Assembly: GCA_951406725.2 (NCBI GenBank)
Contig: OX597818.1
Coordinates: 20,832,001 to 20,896,000 of the forward strand
Reading direction: 5' to 3'
Length of the DNA: 64,000 nt
Source of the DNA: Octopus vulgaris
Lineage: Eukaryota
Part shown: positions 27,718 through 40,392 of the stretch, piece after piece
How positions within the stretch are numbered: the stretch's first letter is position 1
How the letters are laid out: each line of letters begins with the position of its first letter
The notes under the pieces: model-generated
The model's input: the letters and a program-made list of their open reading frames with translations, nothing else
The model's database searches: none
What the model was told of the DNA's origin: nothing
Made by a program: the position numbers and the translations under genes

Positions 27718-27793
27718 CACATATGAGTTCTCCAAACATCTTAGTGGGTGAGGCTACACTCACCCACTAAGATGTTTGGAGAACTCATATGTG

Positions 27794-27884
27794 TTTTAGC
27801 TGATGAGTACGGGACACTTGTATTTGCTACAATATTTGCAGCTTTTAATAAAGCCTGTCTTTGTATGAAACAATTGTACTAAAA
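27794..27884 (+). ncRNA. Type I hammerhead ribozyme with long helix II
   Basis: uuuuag-CUGAUGA-guacgggaca...ugucuuuguau-GAAA-caauu-GUA^-cuaaaa: 6-bp helix I, palindromic ACAAUUGU helix III, predicted cleavage after 27878. Confidence 0.75.
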
Positions 27885-28031
27885 AACTAATCCATTCCTG
27901 TTGCTTTTTTCTCGTTTATAATCACCCCACATTATTGTATGGTTAATACCATATAGTTTTCTGGTGCATCTAAGTTAAGTACGGCATTCAAGTGAATTCA
28001 TTAGAACTGACTTGAATCTTAATTGCTTTTA

Positions 28032-28068
<37 letters not shown>

Positions 28069-28409
28069 AGAGAGAGAGGGGGAGAGAGAGAAGCAACTTG
28101 TTTTAAATCTCTGAGCGAGAGATATACAGTAACAGTACCAAATAGTAATGTTTATATGCCAACAGAATGTGGCAGTCCTATAAAGGACGATGTTACTGTT
28201 GTTATAGTCCCAGGAAAACATCTTTTCCAGCTGGCTATCGACACAGAGTTTGTGTCCGTATAACATTCGCAAGGGAGGTCATCGCTTCAATCTCTAGACA
28301 AACGTGATACTCACAGACCCAGGGTTTCCATGTGGTTACCTGTCCTCAGTGTGAGACAATTACAGGGTAGTGACAAAAGCTTTCTCCACTCGCAAATGCT
28401 ATATATTCT

Positions 28410-28517
28410 AAGTTTAGTCCTACCGCGTGGCACCTTTGCCAAATGTCTTCTGCGGGCCGACAAAAACCTTCTGAGGGGATTTGGTAGGCGGAAACTGAAA
28501 GAAGTCCGTCGTGTGTG

Positions 28518-28565
<48 letters not shown>

Positions 28566-28783
28566 TGTGTCTTTGTGTCTGTGTTTGGTCCCCCCCATCA
28601 CCGCTTGACATCCGGTGTTGGTGTGTTTACGTCCCCGTAACTTAGCGGCTCGGTAAAAGAAATCGATAGAATAAGTGCCAAGCTATAAAAAATATATATT
28701 CTCTGGGGTCGATTCGTTCGACAAATTCTTCAAGACGGTGCCCCAGTATGGACGCAGTATAATGACTGAAACAAGTAGAAGAT
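28410..28783 (+). mobile_element. SINE family A, 5'-truncated
   Basis: Match to the family A reference copy with internal (TA)n. Confidence 0.8.
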
Positions 28784-28859
28784 TACTGAGCTGAATTTTA
28801 GATCAGGTTGATGGACTTTGTTGAGCTAAAAGATTAAAACATGCGGCGGTATTAATGTT

Positions 28860-28907
28860 GGTGGTGGTGGCGGTGGTGGTAGTATTGGTGGTGGTGGTGG
28901 TGGTGGT

Positions 28908-28945
<38 letters not shown>

Positions 28946-29075
28946 TGGTGGTGGTGGTGGTGGTGGTGGTGGTGGAGGAGGAGGAGAACTTCGTAGCGGC
29001 GGCGGCGGCGGCGGCGGCGGCGGTGGTGTTGACGGTGGTGGTGTTGACGGCGGCGGCGATTGTGGTGCTGGTGAT
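28860..29075. repeat. GC-rich compound (GGT)n/(GGC)n trinucleotide tract
   Basis: Seen directly in the sequence. Confidence 0.9.
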
Positions 29076-29594
29076 GGAGAGTAGGTGATATGCAACCAAA
29101 TTACCCCCTGATAACACTACCGCGTCTTCACACATACACACGTACACACACACACACACACACACGCGCACACGCGCGCGCGTGCACCCACACACACATA
29201 CACACACACAAACTTCAGATTAAAACAAAACATAAAAAAACAATAATCATTCCATGGCCACCTCACAAACATCCAGCCAGCTTTTGCTCAAACATCAAAT
29301 AGATTGTGAATAGAAAAGGGGGAAAAAAATAGGAAAGCAACAAAGATAAAGAGAAAAGAGGGAGGAGATGGATAGTTTGAAAGAGAAGATAAAAAAATGA
29401 AAACGGTACTTCATTTATATACGTATATGTTTGTGTGTATTAGTGTGTGCATGTGTGTGTGTGTATGTGTGTGTATTATGTGTGTGTGTGTTATGTGTTT
29501 TGTGTGTTTTGTGGTTGTTGTTCTTAATATGAAAGAAGCATCGAAACATCAAACACGAAAGATAGGTTTGTGTCGTTTATTCTTAGCAGAAGAT

Positions 29595-29621
29595 GAAGGA
29601 AGAGGAAGCAGAAGAGGAAGC

Positions 29622-29654
<33 letters not shown>

Positions 29655-29700
29655 AGAAGAAGAAGAAGAAGAAGAAGAAGAAGAAGAAGAAGAGGAGGAA

Positions 29701-29735
<35 letters not shown>

Positions 29736-29924
29736 AGAAGAAGAAGAAGAAGAAGAAGAAGAAGAAGAAGAAGAAGAAGAGAAGAAGAAGAAGAAGAAGA
29801 AGAAGAAGAAGAAGAAGAAGAAGAAGAAGAAGAAGAAGAAGAAGAAGAAGAAGAAGAAGAAGAAGAAGAAGAAGAAGAAGAAGAAGAAGAAGAAGAAGAA
29901 GAAGAAGAAGAAGAAGAAGAAGAA
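29595..29924. repeat. (GAA)n polypurine tract of about 330 bp
   Basis: Seen directly; one phase slip near 29780. Confidence 0.95.
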
Positions 29925-30225
29925 GCGGTACCAGAAACAAGGGCAAAACAACGAAGAAAACAACAACAGACACAATGAAAAAGCAAAAAAAAAAAGAGAC
30001 TAATAAACAAATAAACGACAGGTAAATAAATATATAAATAACATTAATGATTGAATGATTAAAAAAAAAACAATCGGAGGTAATGAAAGAAAAAAAACGT
30101 AGAGTGAAACAGATATATCGTTGCTGATTCCATAACGAGGCTGCACTTAAATCCTGTATAGTTCTGCAGCTGCAATTTTATAAATGACTCTTTCACTCCT
30201 TTTCTATCTCACTCCTCCCTCTTTC

Positions 30226-30275
<50 letters not shown>

Positions 30276-30454
30276 ACTATTTATCTATCTATTTCTTTCT
30301 TTCTTTCTCCCTCTCTGCGCACTTTACGTTCTATTGCAATGTTTCACTGTTTCTCGAAGCACGTAACCATATATCCACCCATTCCATTGTATCTGTATAT
30401 ATTAATTTATCTACCACAGATATACAAACAGACAGACAGATATATAAATGATAT

Positions 30455-30603
<149 letters not shown>

Positions 30604-30769
30604 TATATATATATAAATACATATATATGCATACACACACACACACATATATATATATGCATATATATGCATACACATATTTATATATATATGCATGTAT
30701 GTATCCATACATGCATGTGTATATGTTTATACATATATACATATACATGCATTCACACATGCACAAACA

Positions 30770-30802
<33 letters not shown>

Positions 30803-31135
30803 GATACATACACACCTGCCGTGTAAACAGACGTTTTAAATTCGGAAACGTTATATTTCCTCTTCCTCTTGCTTCTCTTAATCCTTTTTCTTCTCTTCGA
30901 TAAAAAAGAAAATCACCGAAAACATTAGATTCTCTTCTGTTTCTTCTTCTCGCATATCTCCCTTCTACATTCATCTGATTGTTGTTTTTGCGCTATATAT
31001 TTCTATACTTTTTCACCCACGTGCTTTCCTTTATCTGACTTTATGCAGTATTTGTTTGTTTATCTCTTACTACTTCCTACTCCTACTCGTGTTATTTGAG
31101 TGATTCATTTACTTATGTATGTGTGTGTACATACA

Positions 31136-31221
<86 letters not shown>

Positions 31222-31361
31222 ATACAAACATATACATATATATATATATATACTGTCTCTTAAACCTATCTATAGATATGTATATAAGACAGTGGGTAAT
31301 TCATTTTAGTACCACTAAATTGAACTTCTCTCCCCTGTGAACTCGGAAATAACTTCCCTAA

Positions 31362-31401
<40 letters not shown>

Positions 31402-31615
31402 CAATAATAATTCTCTAAACGAGATATAGACAGTAACTGCTCCATAACATAAGGGACATTAGCCATTTGAATGTGGCTAGGGACAGGGCAGGGCGGTGGG
31501 GGTGTTACTGATGCATTTAGCCCCAGGTGATCATCAACGTCACCAGATAGGCTGACACCATCACGGTGTCCTCTATCCTGCAAAGGGAGATCATTCCCCG
31601 AAGAAGCGGATGCCA

Positions 31616-31660
31616 CATACGGACCCAGGTTTCAAGGTATTTGCCTATCATCAACGTATG
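31616..31660 (-). ncRNA. Type I hammerhead ribozyme, C3U core variant
   Basis: cauacg-UUGAUGA-u-agg(caaaua)ccu-u-GAAA-cc ug g-GUC^-cguaug: perfect 6-bp helix I and GUC triplet. Confidence 0.7.
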
Positions 31661-31772
31661 GCAGGCATATCATTGAACGACATTATCCACGATAGGTACA
31701 TATAGGACTAAATATTAAAATTATCAAAATTAATACCTTCAATTCTTATTCCAAATCATATACTTTACATTA

Positions 31773-31882
31773 TATATACTACGCGCGTTTCATGACAACA
31801 TATTCCTCGATATTGCTGAAATAGAGGTCTCAAAATACAACACCATATTAAAACGATTATATTGCCAATCTTCAGGTCTAGA
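31773..31882 (-). ncRNA. Type I hammerhead candidate with very long helix II
   Basis: CUGAAGA-u-uggcaauaua...uauguuguca-u-GAAA-cgcgc-GUA^: 10-bp helix II base, palindromic ACGCGCGU helix III; helix I imperfect (ucuagac/guauaua). Confidence 0.55.
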
Positions 31883-32018
31883 TTATATTAACTTATTTTG
31901 CTATTTACATCCTATATAAAGACATTACAAACTAAAAGTAAATAAGTAGAAGTTGTTGGAATAATTTTACTTTAGTAAATAATGGACAGAGATGTGGAAT
32001 AAAAGTAGGGGAAAAATG

Positions 32019-32051
<33 letters not shown>

Positions 32052-32054
<3 letters not shown>

Positions 32055-32440
32055 TGCAGGCGTGACTGTGTCATAAGAAGTTTGCTTTCCGACCACGTGG
32101 TTCCGAATTCAGTCCCACTGCGTGGCACCTTAGACAAGTGTCTTCTACTATAGCCTAGCGTCGATTTGTGAGCGGATTTGGGAGGCAGAAACTGAAAGAA
32201 GCCCGTTGTATGTGTGTGTGAGTGTGCGCGTGCGTGTGTGTGTGTGTGTACAGTTATATCTCTATATGTGTACGAGAGTCTGAGTTTGCCCCATCAGTGC
32301 TTGACAACCGGTGTTGGTGTGTTTGCGTACCCGTGAACTAACGGCTCCGTAGATAGGTACTGGAGTCGATTCGTTCGACTAAAATTCTTCAAGGAGATGC
32401 CCCACCATAGCCGCTGTTTAATGACTGAAACAAATAAAAA
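32052..32440 (+). mobile_element. SINE family A copy
   Basis: Match to the reference copy; other copies at 33255-33790 (-), 37078-37275 (-), 45268-45620 (+), 47660-48172 (+) and 62600-63100. Confidence 0.85.
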
Positions 32441-32499
32441 AATAAACGATATGTATAAAAAAATTAAAGGCTATATATATATATATATATATGATATTA

Positions 32500-32585
<86 letters not shown>

Positions 32586-32586
32586 G

Positions 32587-32621
<35 letters not shown>

Positions 32622-32622
32622 G

Positions 32623-32660
<38 letters not shown>

Positions 32661-33588
32661 ATATATAAATGATATATATAATTATATGCGATATGTATGT
32701 GTACGTGTGCGTGATTGCGGTCGGACATGCCTAAATGACTGAAATTTTTTATGCAATTAATCGAATTTTCATAGTGGGCCATAAATTATGAGAGATCAAT
32801 ATATTGTCACTAATATAGTACTGTGGCAAAGCTACACGTTTCAGTTACGTAATAAAATGAAATAATTGTTGTACTTACACTGAGTCTTGTGTCATATCGT
32901 TTTTTTAATGCATAAAAGTCGGCTTGAAACTGCAGGAAATTATATTTATTAAATGTATTGGGAAATGATCACAAATCGATTTATTGACCTTTGAATCTAT
33001 ATTCGATCGATTTAGAACAGTTTCTCTCGTAGAGGAAACTAATAAATTATCTTGTATGTTTTCTGAAAGTAGAATGCTGCTATCATTTTCTTCAACTCGC
33101 CACATTTCAGTCAACATCCTGTATAAGAGTATATAGCGGTAAATTATAGTCATAAATTTGTGGTGTTTGTATATTCTTTTATTCTTTTATTCATTTACTT
33201 GTTTCATTCACTTGACTGCGACCATGCTGGATATATATATATATATATATATATAATTGTTTCAGTTATTGAACTGCGGCCTTGCTACGACACTTCCTTG
33301 AAGACTTTAGTCGACTAATTCGACCCCACTAATTAATTTTTTAGTCAGGTACATATTTTATCAGTGTCTTTTGATGAATCTCTAAGTTACGAGGACGTAA
33401 ACAAATCAACACCGGTCGTCAAGCGGTGGTAGGAAATGAACACGAACACACACACATACATATGTACGTACACACACAAATGCACGCATACGCACACAGT
33501 CATATATATATATATATATATATATAAGTACATTATATATGTGTGTGTGCGTGTATGTGTGTATGTGTATATGTTTGTATGTGTGTGT

Positions 33589-33634
<46 letters not shown>

Positions 33635-34944
33635 AGGGCGTGCTTCCATACAGTTTCCGTCTACCAAATTCACTCACACGGTATTGTCGGCCTGGAGTAT
33701 ACTAGAAGACACATGCCCAAGAGGCTACACAGTACGCCTGAATTCGAAACTTCGCGTTTCCAAAACGGGCTTCTCAGCCACACATGTATGTCTGCACAAG
33801 TATTGCATTTAGAACGATGGAGGGATATCCAATTCATAAATTTTATAATGTTTTATCAGTTACTGGTTTCTACGAGTTTCATAACGACTCAGAAACCGTC
33901 TCTTCAGATAATCTTCTCATTGTCGACAGAGTGAGTGTAACGTCTGTTATTGAAGCATCTTCAACATCATCGTTATTGCTGTCATTTGTATCTGCTGATC
34001 CGGTCCTTTCAACACCATAAACAAGATAACTAATTCTTCACCTGTTGAGATGTTTCGACACACTTCAGACTGATCTTATATCACCATAACATGAAGTGGG
34101 ACGCAACTACAGCTGTTAAACCAGGCTTCAAGAATCAATTAATGATCGCGGAAATCTTAATATTGTCCCACGGTTTTAAATAGCCTCCAGTAAGAAATAT
34201 AATTTTCTAGGTAAGATTGTTTACCTTTATGGATGACAATAAATGTGAAAAACGACCATTCTGATTAAAGTGTATGTAATGCTGAAGTCGCATGTCTGAA
34301 TAACTGTTTTTGCCAGAAAACACCTCAATTTGATGGCGGTTTTTTCTGACAACTGCCTTAGGGGCAGTGCAAGTGCCAGCAACCAGTTATGCGATAAATA
34401 TCTCCAGTCCTCCAGATTTTCGTTCTGTTTTTATGAGTTATTGAAAGTGTCTTCGCAAACAATTATCTGAAAGTCTTTTCTCTGGTCAGTAGAATTTTCT
34501 TTTGTCACGTCTTAACATGCTAAAAGTTCCCTTAATTGTAATCTTTGAATTATTCGCTCCCGCTTATTTTTGTCGGTTTTCAGGGCGAAAGTCACTTTCT
34601 GGAAGAACTTTGTAATACATCTCAATGTCGTCTGATTAGTAAATGATATAAGAACCATAAACCTGTAGAATTTCATACAATACTGTACGTGTATGTGGAC
34701 GAGTACAGTTATTATTTATTTCATATTTTTTTTGTCAAGCTTCTTAAATTTGATATATTTAACATTCCATCAAAATAGGGTTGAACTATTCTCTATTCTC
34801 CTGTCGTTAATGAAACATCATGGCAATGACATCCTTACTCTCTAAATCATCATTAGGCCACGAGATTGCTATTTTGATTTCTTCTTTCTCGAGACAAGTC
34901 TGGATATTTAGCTGCAGTTCCATCGCCATCCTTTCCTGGTTTAG

Positions 34945-34994
34945 TAGAGTGAATGCTTCATTCTAGAAATAACTAGAATGAAGCATTCACTCTA
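34945..34994. repeat. Perfect 22-bp inverted repeat with 6-nt loop
   Basis: tagagtgaatgcttcattctag-aaataa-ctagaatgaagcattcactcta. Confidence 0.9.
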
Positions 34995-36254
34995 GCTTCT
35001 CTGATCAATTCATAAACGAATATGATTTTAACGCATCCAAACGCTTCATAAAGACCAGAACGTGACATGCGATTTTAACCCAAAGCTCAGTAATAACATA
35101 TTCATGAGGTCATAAGATAATAACTGTGTATCCATAATTCATGTTCTGCCTGGTTCAAGTGCTTTTATTAATGTGTTTCGTCGTGGCAATCAGTTAACTT
35201 AACTTCAATGATATTCTTCAATTACTTAACTGGATTCATACATTTCGACATTGACTTTCATTCACTTTGAATTGCTTACAACTTGAAAGATACAGGTTAA
35301 AAATTTTATTGTGTCAATTACTGGCTAATGTAATCGATAATGAAAATAATAAAATAGCGTCCATTCATCTATATACTAATTTTATCTACAGTAGCCTTGC
35401 CATCTTTTTGTGTATCAGGAACAACATTGTTCAACGTGATCTTTTATTGGGTGTGTTATTTTTTAACTTACTGTTGAACTCTGTTCAAGCAGATCAATAA
35501 TTAACAACATTCCAGCTGTATCCAGCCTTTCTTTTATACATACACTAACCAGTGTCGTTTTTAAAGACGGTAGGCGCAGTGGTTTGAGTAATATTTGGCT
35601 GTTATTTCCGGCAGGTTGAGTGGTTTATTCACTTTAACGAAGGAATGAATATAAAAATCGTCGCCGATGTGATTTGAGCGCGTAACAACGACATGTCGTT
35701 AAATACCACAACTCGTCGAAATTAACACCAATGAGAATAATGAGCTAGCGAGAGAGTTGCTGTATTGATGTTCGATTAGCTAGAAATAACAGTCAAAATA
35801 TCCTTCAAAATGAAATGACACATTAGATAATGTAGCCCAACAAACACACAGAAGAAAGTAAGGTCACTGTTGGGATACCTTTGAACAGAGGACTACAGCA
35901 AGGGTTAAACAAAAATGAAAGCATAATTACAATGATTCACCCAGAGAGATTCTATTTAGTCGTGTTAGATCAACTTGTTAGAAACAGTACTCAGATCAAC
36001 TCCAATGAAGCGTATACTAGATAACATAATCTTCTTTTAAACAGGAGCGATATATCCAAAATTGGTAAAACTAAAAATTGTCGAGGATAAATTAAATTTA
36101 TCTTTGTTACTGAATATGTTATTGTTATTTAATTTCTGAATGGTTTTGCTGCCGTTTGTTTATGTAGTTCCATTTTTTATACATCAGTTTGTACTAAGAT
36201 AGAGACACGAGTAAAGTTAATAATAGAGAAACGAAAATAAAACTTTGGAAACAG

Positions 36255-36540
36255 CAACGCCGCCATAACATGAGCGTGCTTTCAAGAGAGATAATTAGAG
36301 AGATAATCAATGACTGTTACGATCGCAATACTTCATGTAAAGTAAATGAAATAATCCAGAATCCTTGTCCGGTACCGGATCGATCCCAAAATCTAATCCG
36401 ATCGTGCCAGTCACGAGGTCAAACATCCCCTAAAGTTTCATCCGAATCCATCCAGCGGTTCTTGAAATATCTTGTCTAAGGATAAACAAAAATAACACGA
36501 TTGAAAACAATACTTCCGCCTTCGCTAAGGCGGACGTAAT
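36255..36540 (+). mobile_element. Helentron/DINE-like non-autonomous element, 3' part (probable 5' part of the same family at 39185-39300)
   Basis: Terminal hairpin tccgcctt-cgct-aaggcgga; aaagtttcatccgaatcc block like that in the 13.6 kb Helitron; aacaagag...cctccgcc start at 39185. Confidence 0.55.
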
Positions 36541-36544
36541 GAAG

Positions 36545-36684
<140 letters not shown>

Positions 36685-37288
36685 TAGCTGAAAGACAAAA
36701 AAATGTAAGCATCTATAAACAGTGTACTGGTGCCATGAGAAATATTTGCATATTATGACCGTCTGTCTTTACGTTCTGGGTTCAAATTCTCTCGAAGACG
36801 ACTTTGCCTTTCGTCCTTTTGGAGTCGATAAATTAAGTACCAGTTGTGTACTGGAGTAGATCTAATCAACTGGCCACCACCCCACAAAAATTTGAGGCCT
36901 AGAAAAGTATATTGTGATATTTACAGATTATAGAAAGTAACGTAACACCAATGACTATAATCCAACCAAAATATCTCAGTTACAACAAACGTAAACAGAA
37001 TTACTATTTAACCTAAAAATACATCGTACATATTCAAAGAACCTTCTTGGTTTAGTGGTACGGAATGTTCTTCTGGTATTCTTTTATTCTTTTACTTGTT
37101 TCAGTCATTTGACGGTGGCCATACTGAAGCACCACACTTTAGTCGAAGAAATTGACTCCTGGACTTATTCCCTGTAAGCTTGGTGCTTATTCTATCAGTC
37201 TCTACTGCCGAACAGCTAAATTATAGGGACGCAAACGCACCAACATCGGTTGTCAAGCAATGGTGGTGGTGGGACAAACACACGCGCG

Positions 37289-37436
<148 letters not shown>

Positions 37437-37599
37437 AAATAAGAGGGATGACCACTAAAGTGGACACCCAATATGCTAAACATAGACGTCAAATCGCCAT
37501 TACCACGAAGAATGTGTTCCCAAGAAAAATATCTCGGCAAAACGCCAAAATGTGAAAATGAGCAAGACAAATGAAAACATACGAAATAAAAACGATTAC

Positions 37600-37673
37600 C
37601 TACGTACCATTGGTTTCACTTGTTAATATCTACGTATATAAACACGCACACATCTGCAAGATCATCAGCGTAG
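37600..37673 (-). ncRNA. Type I hammerhead ribozyme
   Basis: cuacg-CUGAUGA-u-cuug...ugcgugu(uuau)auacgua...caag-u-GAAA-cca a ug-GUA^-cguag. Confidence 0.75.
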
Positions 37674-38129
37674 TCTGTCGCTTACAAAACACAATTTCCA
37701 GAACTAGATACAGAACGCTCAACCGAAATCGATCATGTATAAAGTTCTACAAATTATATTTGGGTGTATTTTTTCAAATGCTTTCACCTTGGCGCGCTGA
37801 GGACGGAAATTACTCTGCAGTTAATAAATTTCAGCTGCCAATTTACCGATTAGAGAACATTTTTTTATTTCAAATTAAATAATAAGTGTAGAAATTGATG
37901 TTAATCAATTAAAACCAGTGGCTTAGCATATTTAAAAATCTGAAGATTAAAAATTGCGTTACATACAGATTAAGAGGGATGACCACTAAAGTGGACACCC
38001 AATATGCTAAACATAAACGTTAAATCGCCATTACCACGAAGAATGTGTTCCCAAGAAAAAATCTCGACAAAACGCCAAAATGTAAAAATAAGCAAGACAA
38101 ATGAAAACATACGAAATAAAAACGATTAC

Positions 38130-38203
38130 CTACGTACCATTGGTTTCACTTGTTAATATCTACGTATATAAATACGCACACATCTGCAAGATCATCAGTG
38201 TAG
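38130..38203 (-). ncRNA. Type I hammerhead ribozyme, second tandem copy
   Basis: As 37600-37673 but helix I is cuaca/cguag (core-proximal A.C mismatch) and a G.U becomes A-U in distal helix II. Confidence 0.65.
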
Positions 38204-38448
38204 TCTGTCGCTTAGAAAATACAATTTCCAGAACTAGATACAGAACGCTCAACCAAAATCTTTCACTCCTTCTCTCTTTCTCTCTCACTCCCTCACTTTC
38301 TCTCTCACTCTCTCCTTCTCTTTCACACTCTCTCACTCCCTCTCTCTTACTTCCTCTCTCTCCTCCTCTCTCTCGCTTTTACTTCAAAGAAGTGCGACGC
38401 ACACAACAGGTACGTACAAAAACAAAAAGTTACCGTATTAATATTATT

Positions 38449-38502
<54 letters not shown>

Positions 38503-38503
<1 letters not shown>

Positions 38504-39057
38504 GCCCTGATGCAGTACCACACAGTGACTCTCATGGCTTCTGATTTTAACTGATTGGAAGTGTTATCATGTACATTGTTTTGTCTTGGTATAAAAGATG
38601 GGCTACAGCAAATATTCTGCTCAATACCACAGATTTGCTTGTCAGTTGCTTGACCATAACCAGTTGAGCATGTCCCTTAGCGACTGACAATATGTGCATC
38701 TCTGATCACGAGCAGAAGTAGCGGGGGAGCATCATAGCCATGTGTTGAGAGGGATTCTTTGGGGTTTGAATAATTCACCTCTAGAAACATGGGTGGTTCG
38801 TTCAACATCCTTAAACAACCCTTATTCAGGGACCTTTTGAGTGGGATGGGTTACTCGACCAGAAGAAAATTCTAAGTGGGCCCCACCTGCAAGGTCATGT
38901 GCTGTTTATCTTGATATGAAATCATCATGTCGCACACATATGGCTGTGATGCATGTGCCTAGTGTACCCTTATCAGACAGGTAGTCATGATGGGTATACT
39001 GGGCTTTGTATATTTTACCCCAGTGTCACTTTGATGGCGTGCACTGCTCTCTCACTC
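38503..39057. mobile_element. About 555-bp non-coding insertion within an (AAT)n microsatellite
   Basis: Higher-GC complex sequence bounded sharply by (AAT)n on both sides; no long ORF and no TIR seen. Confidence 0.55.
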
Positions 39058-39999
39058 AATAATAATAATGATAATAATAACAATGGTGTCAAATGACCAG
39101 GGCCAGTGATTTTATGGGAGGGGTAAGTCGATTACATCGATCCCAGTATTCGACTTTGCCTTTCATAATAACAGTAATAATATTAACAAGAGCTCTCACA
39201 GAGCGCAAACCTCCGCCAACCTAATACCAACGCCCTCTCAACGATTAACTGGAGATGATTTTCAAAATGAGAATATCTGAAATAAAATTCTTCAATGAAT
39301 ATCATGAGACCTTTTGGTTTTCTCTTCTCTGGTCTTCCTTTAGTAATCCTGTTGTTTTAGATCGATGTATAGAATTATGTATATATGTAAGTATACTGTA
39401 AAGTGTTAAAATGTATGTATAATCTCCTAATATAATAACGAGCGTTACACACACAAGCACATAAATCCATACAAAGCCATCTTTACTTTCCAGCCATAAG
39501 GTCACACATTTCCGAAGGAAGTGAATACGTCATCGTATAGAATACACCTATGATGTAAATACCACATATTTTCATTACTACTACTTATTTTATTAACTGT
39601 CAAAGAATGAAAGTAAAAATCGACATTGTTGAGATTTAAACTCAGAAAGTAAAACTTCATAACTAAAAACCGTATTTTATCTGATGTTCTGACTAATCTG
39701 CCGTGTCAGCAATGGAGTGCAAACTGAAGATTGTGCAACATATTCTTAATATAAGACAAAATGAACCGAATTAAACCTATATCGAAAACTTCAATTGTAG
39801 GATACGACATTTTCAGTAGAGACGAAAATTTAAGTGCCATAAGGCATTGAAACCTGAACGTTGTATAATGGCTTTGCATTTATGTAATGCATCTTTGTAT
39901 AGGATAGTTTAGCTCATTAGCATTCAGATTACTCTGTCAAATGTGATGTTTATTTCGTCTCATTGTTTTGAATTAATCTTGCATTATCGTGTATCTTCG

Positions 40000-40392
40000 A
40001 AGGCGGTGAGCTGGCAGAAACGTTAGCACGCCGGGCGAAATGATTAGCGGTTTTTCGTCTGCCGTTACGTTTTGAGTTCAAATTCCGTCGAGGTCGACTC
40101 TGCCTTTCATCCTTTCGGGGTCGATTAAATAAGCACTAGTTACGCACTAGGGTCGATGTAATCGACTTAATCCGTTTGTTTGTCCTTGTTTGTCCTCTCT
40201 GTGTTTAGCCCCTTGTGGGTAGTAAAGAAATAGGTATTTCGTCTGTCTTTACGTTCTGAGTTCAAATTCCGCCGAGGTCGACTTTGCCTTTCATCCTATC
40301 GGAATCGATAAATTAAGTACCAGTTGCGTACTGGGATCGATCTAATCGACTGGCTCCTCTCCCCAAATTTCGGGCCTAGAGGAGAAAAGATT
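40000..40392 (+). mobile_element. SINE family B, dimeric form
   Basis: Same two-unit architecture and junction (gaaataggtatttcgtctg) as 2183-2550. Confidence 0.85.

Larger units (their letters stand above)
27596..27915. repeat. Palindrome with 157-bp arms and 6-nt loop (gctaca, 27753-27758); element tail continues to (TA)n at about 28035
   Basis: 27596-27752 is the reverse complement of 27759-27915; no mismatch found by eye. Confidence 0.95.
37440..38260 (-). mobile_element. Retrozyme-like partial tandem (530-nt period, about 290-bp direct repeats, one HHR per unit)
   Basis: 37440-37730 is repeated at 37971-38260 with few substitutions; non-coding; ends at (TA)n. Confidence 0.75.

Noticed and set aside
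28803-29207. Poly-Pro or poly-Ala/Thr ORFs as a possible host exon
   Set aside because: Entirely low-complexity triplet repeat, open in several frames, with no recognisable flanking domain; splice sites are speculative.
33850-35520. Possible ancient hAT-like transposase remnant on the minus strand
   Set aside because: No diagnostic motif or TIR could be read with confidence; needs a tBLASTn/HMM search.
37790-37856. Plus-strand CUGAGGA followed by a cggaaatt/aatttaccg stem inside the 530-nt unit (possible opposite-polarity HHR)
   Set aside because: No GAAA, helix III or helix I follows; worth rechecking only in a family consensus.
37571-38260. Duplicated [20 protein letters not shown] as a peptide gene
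   Set aside because: It is the antisense reading of the HHR repeat, and the two ORFs diverge where the repeat ends.
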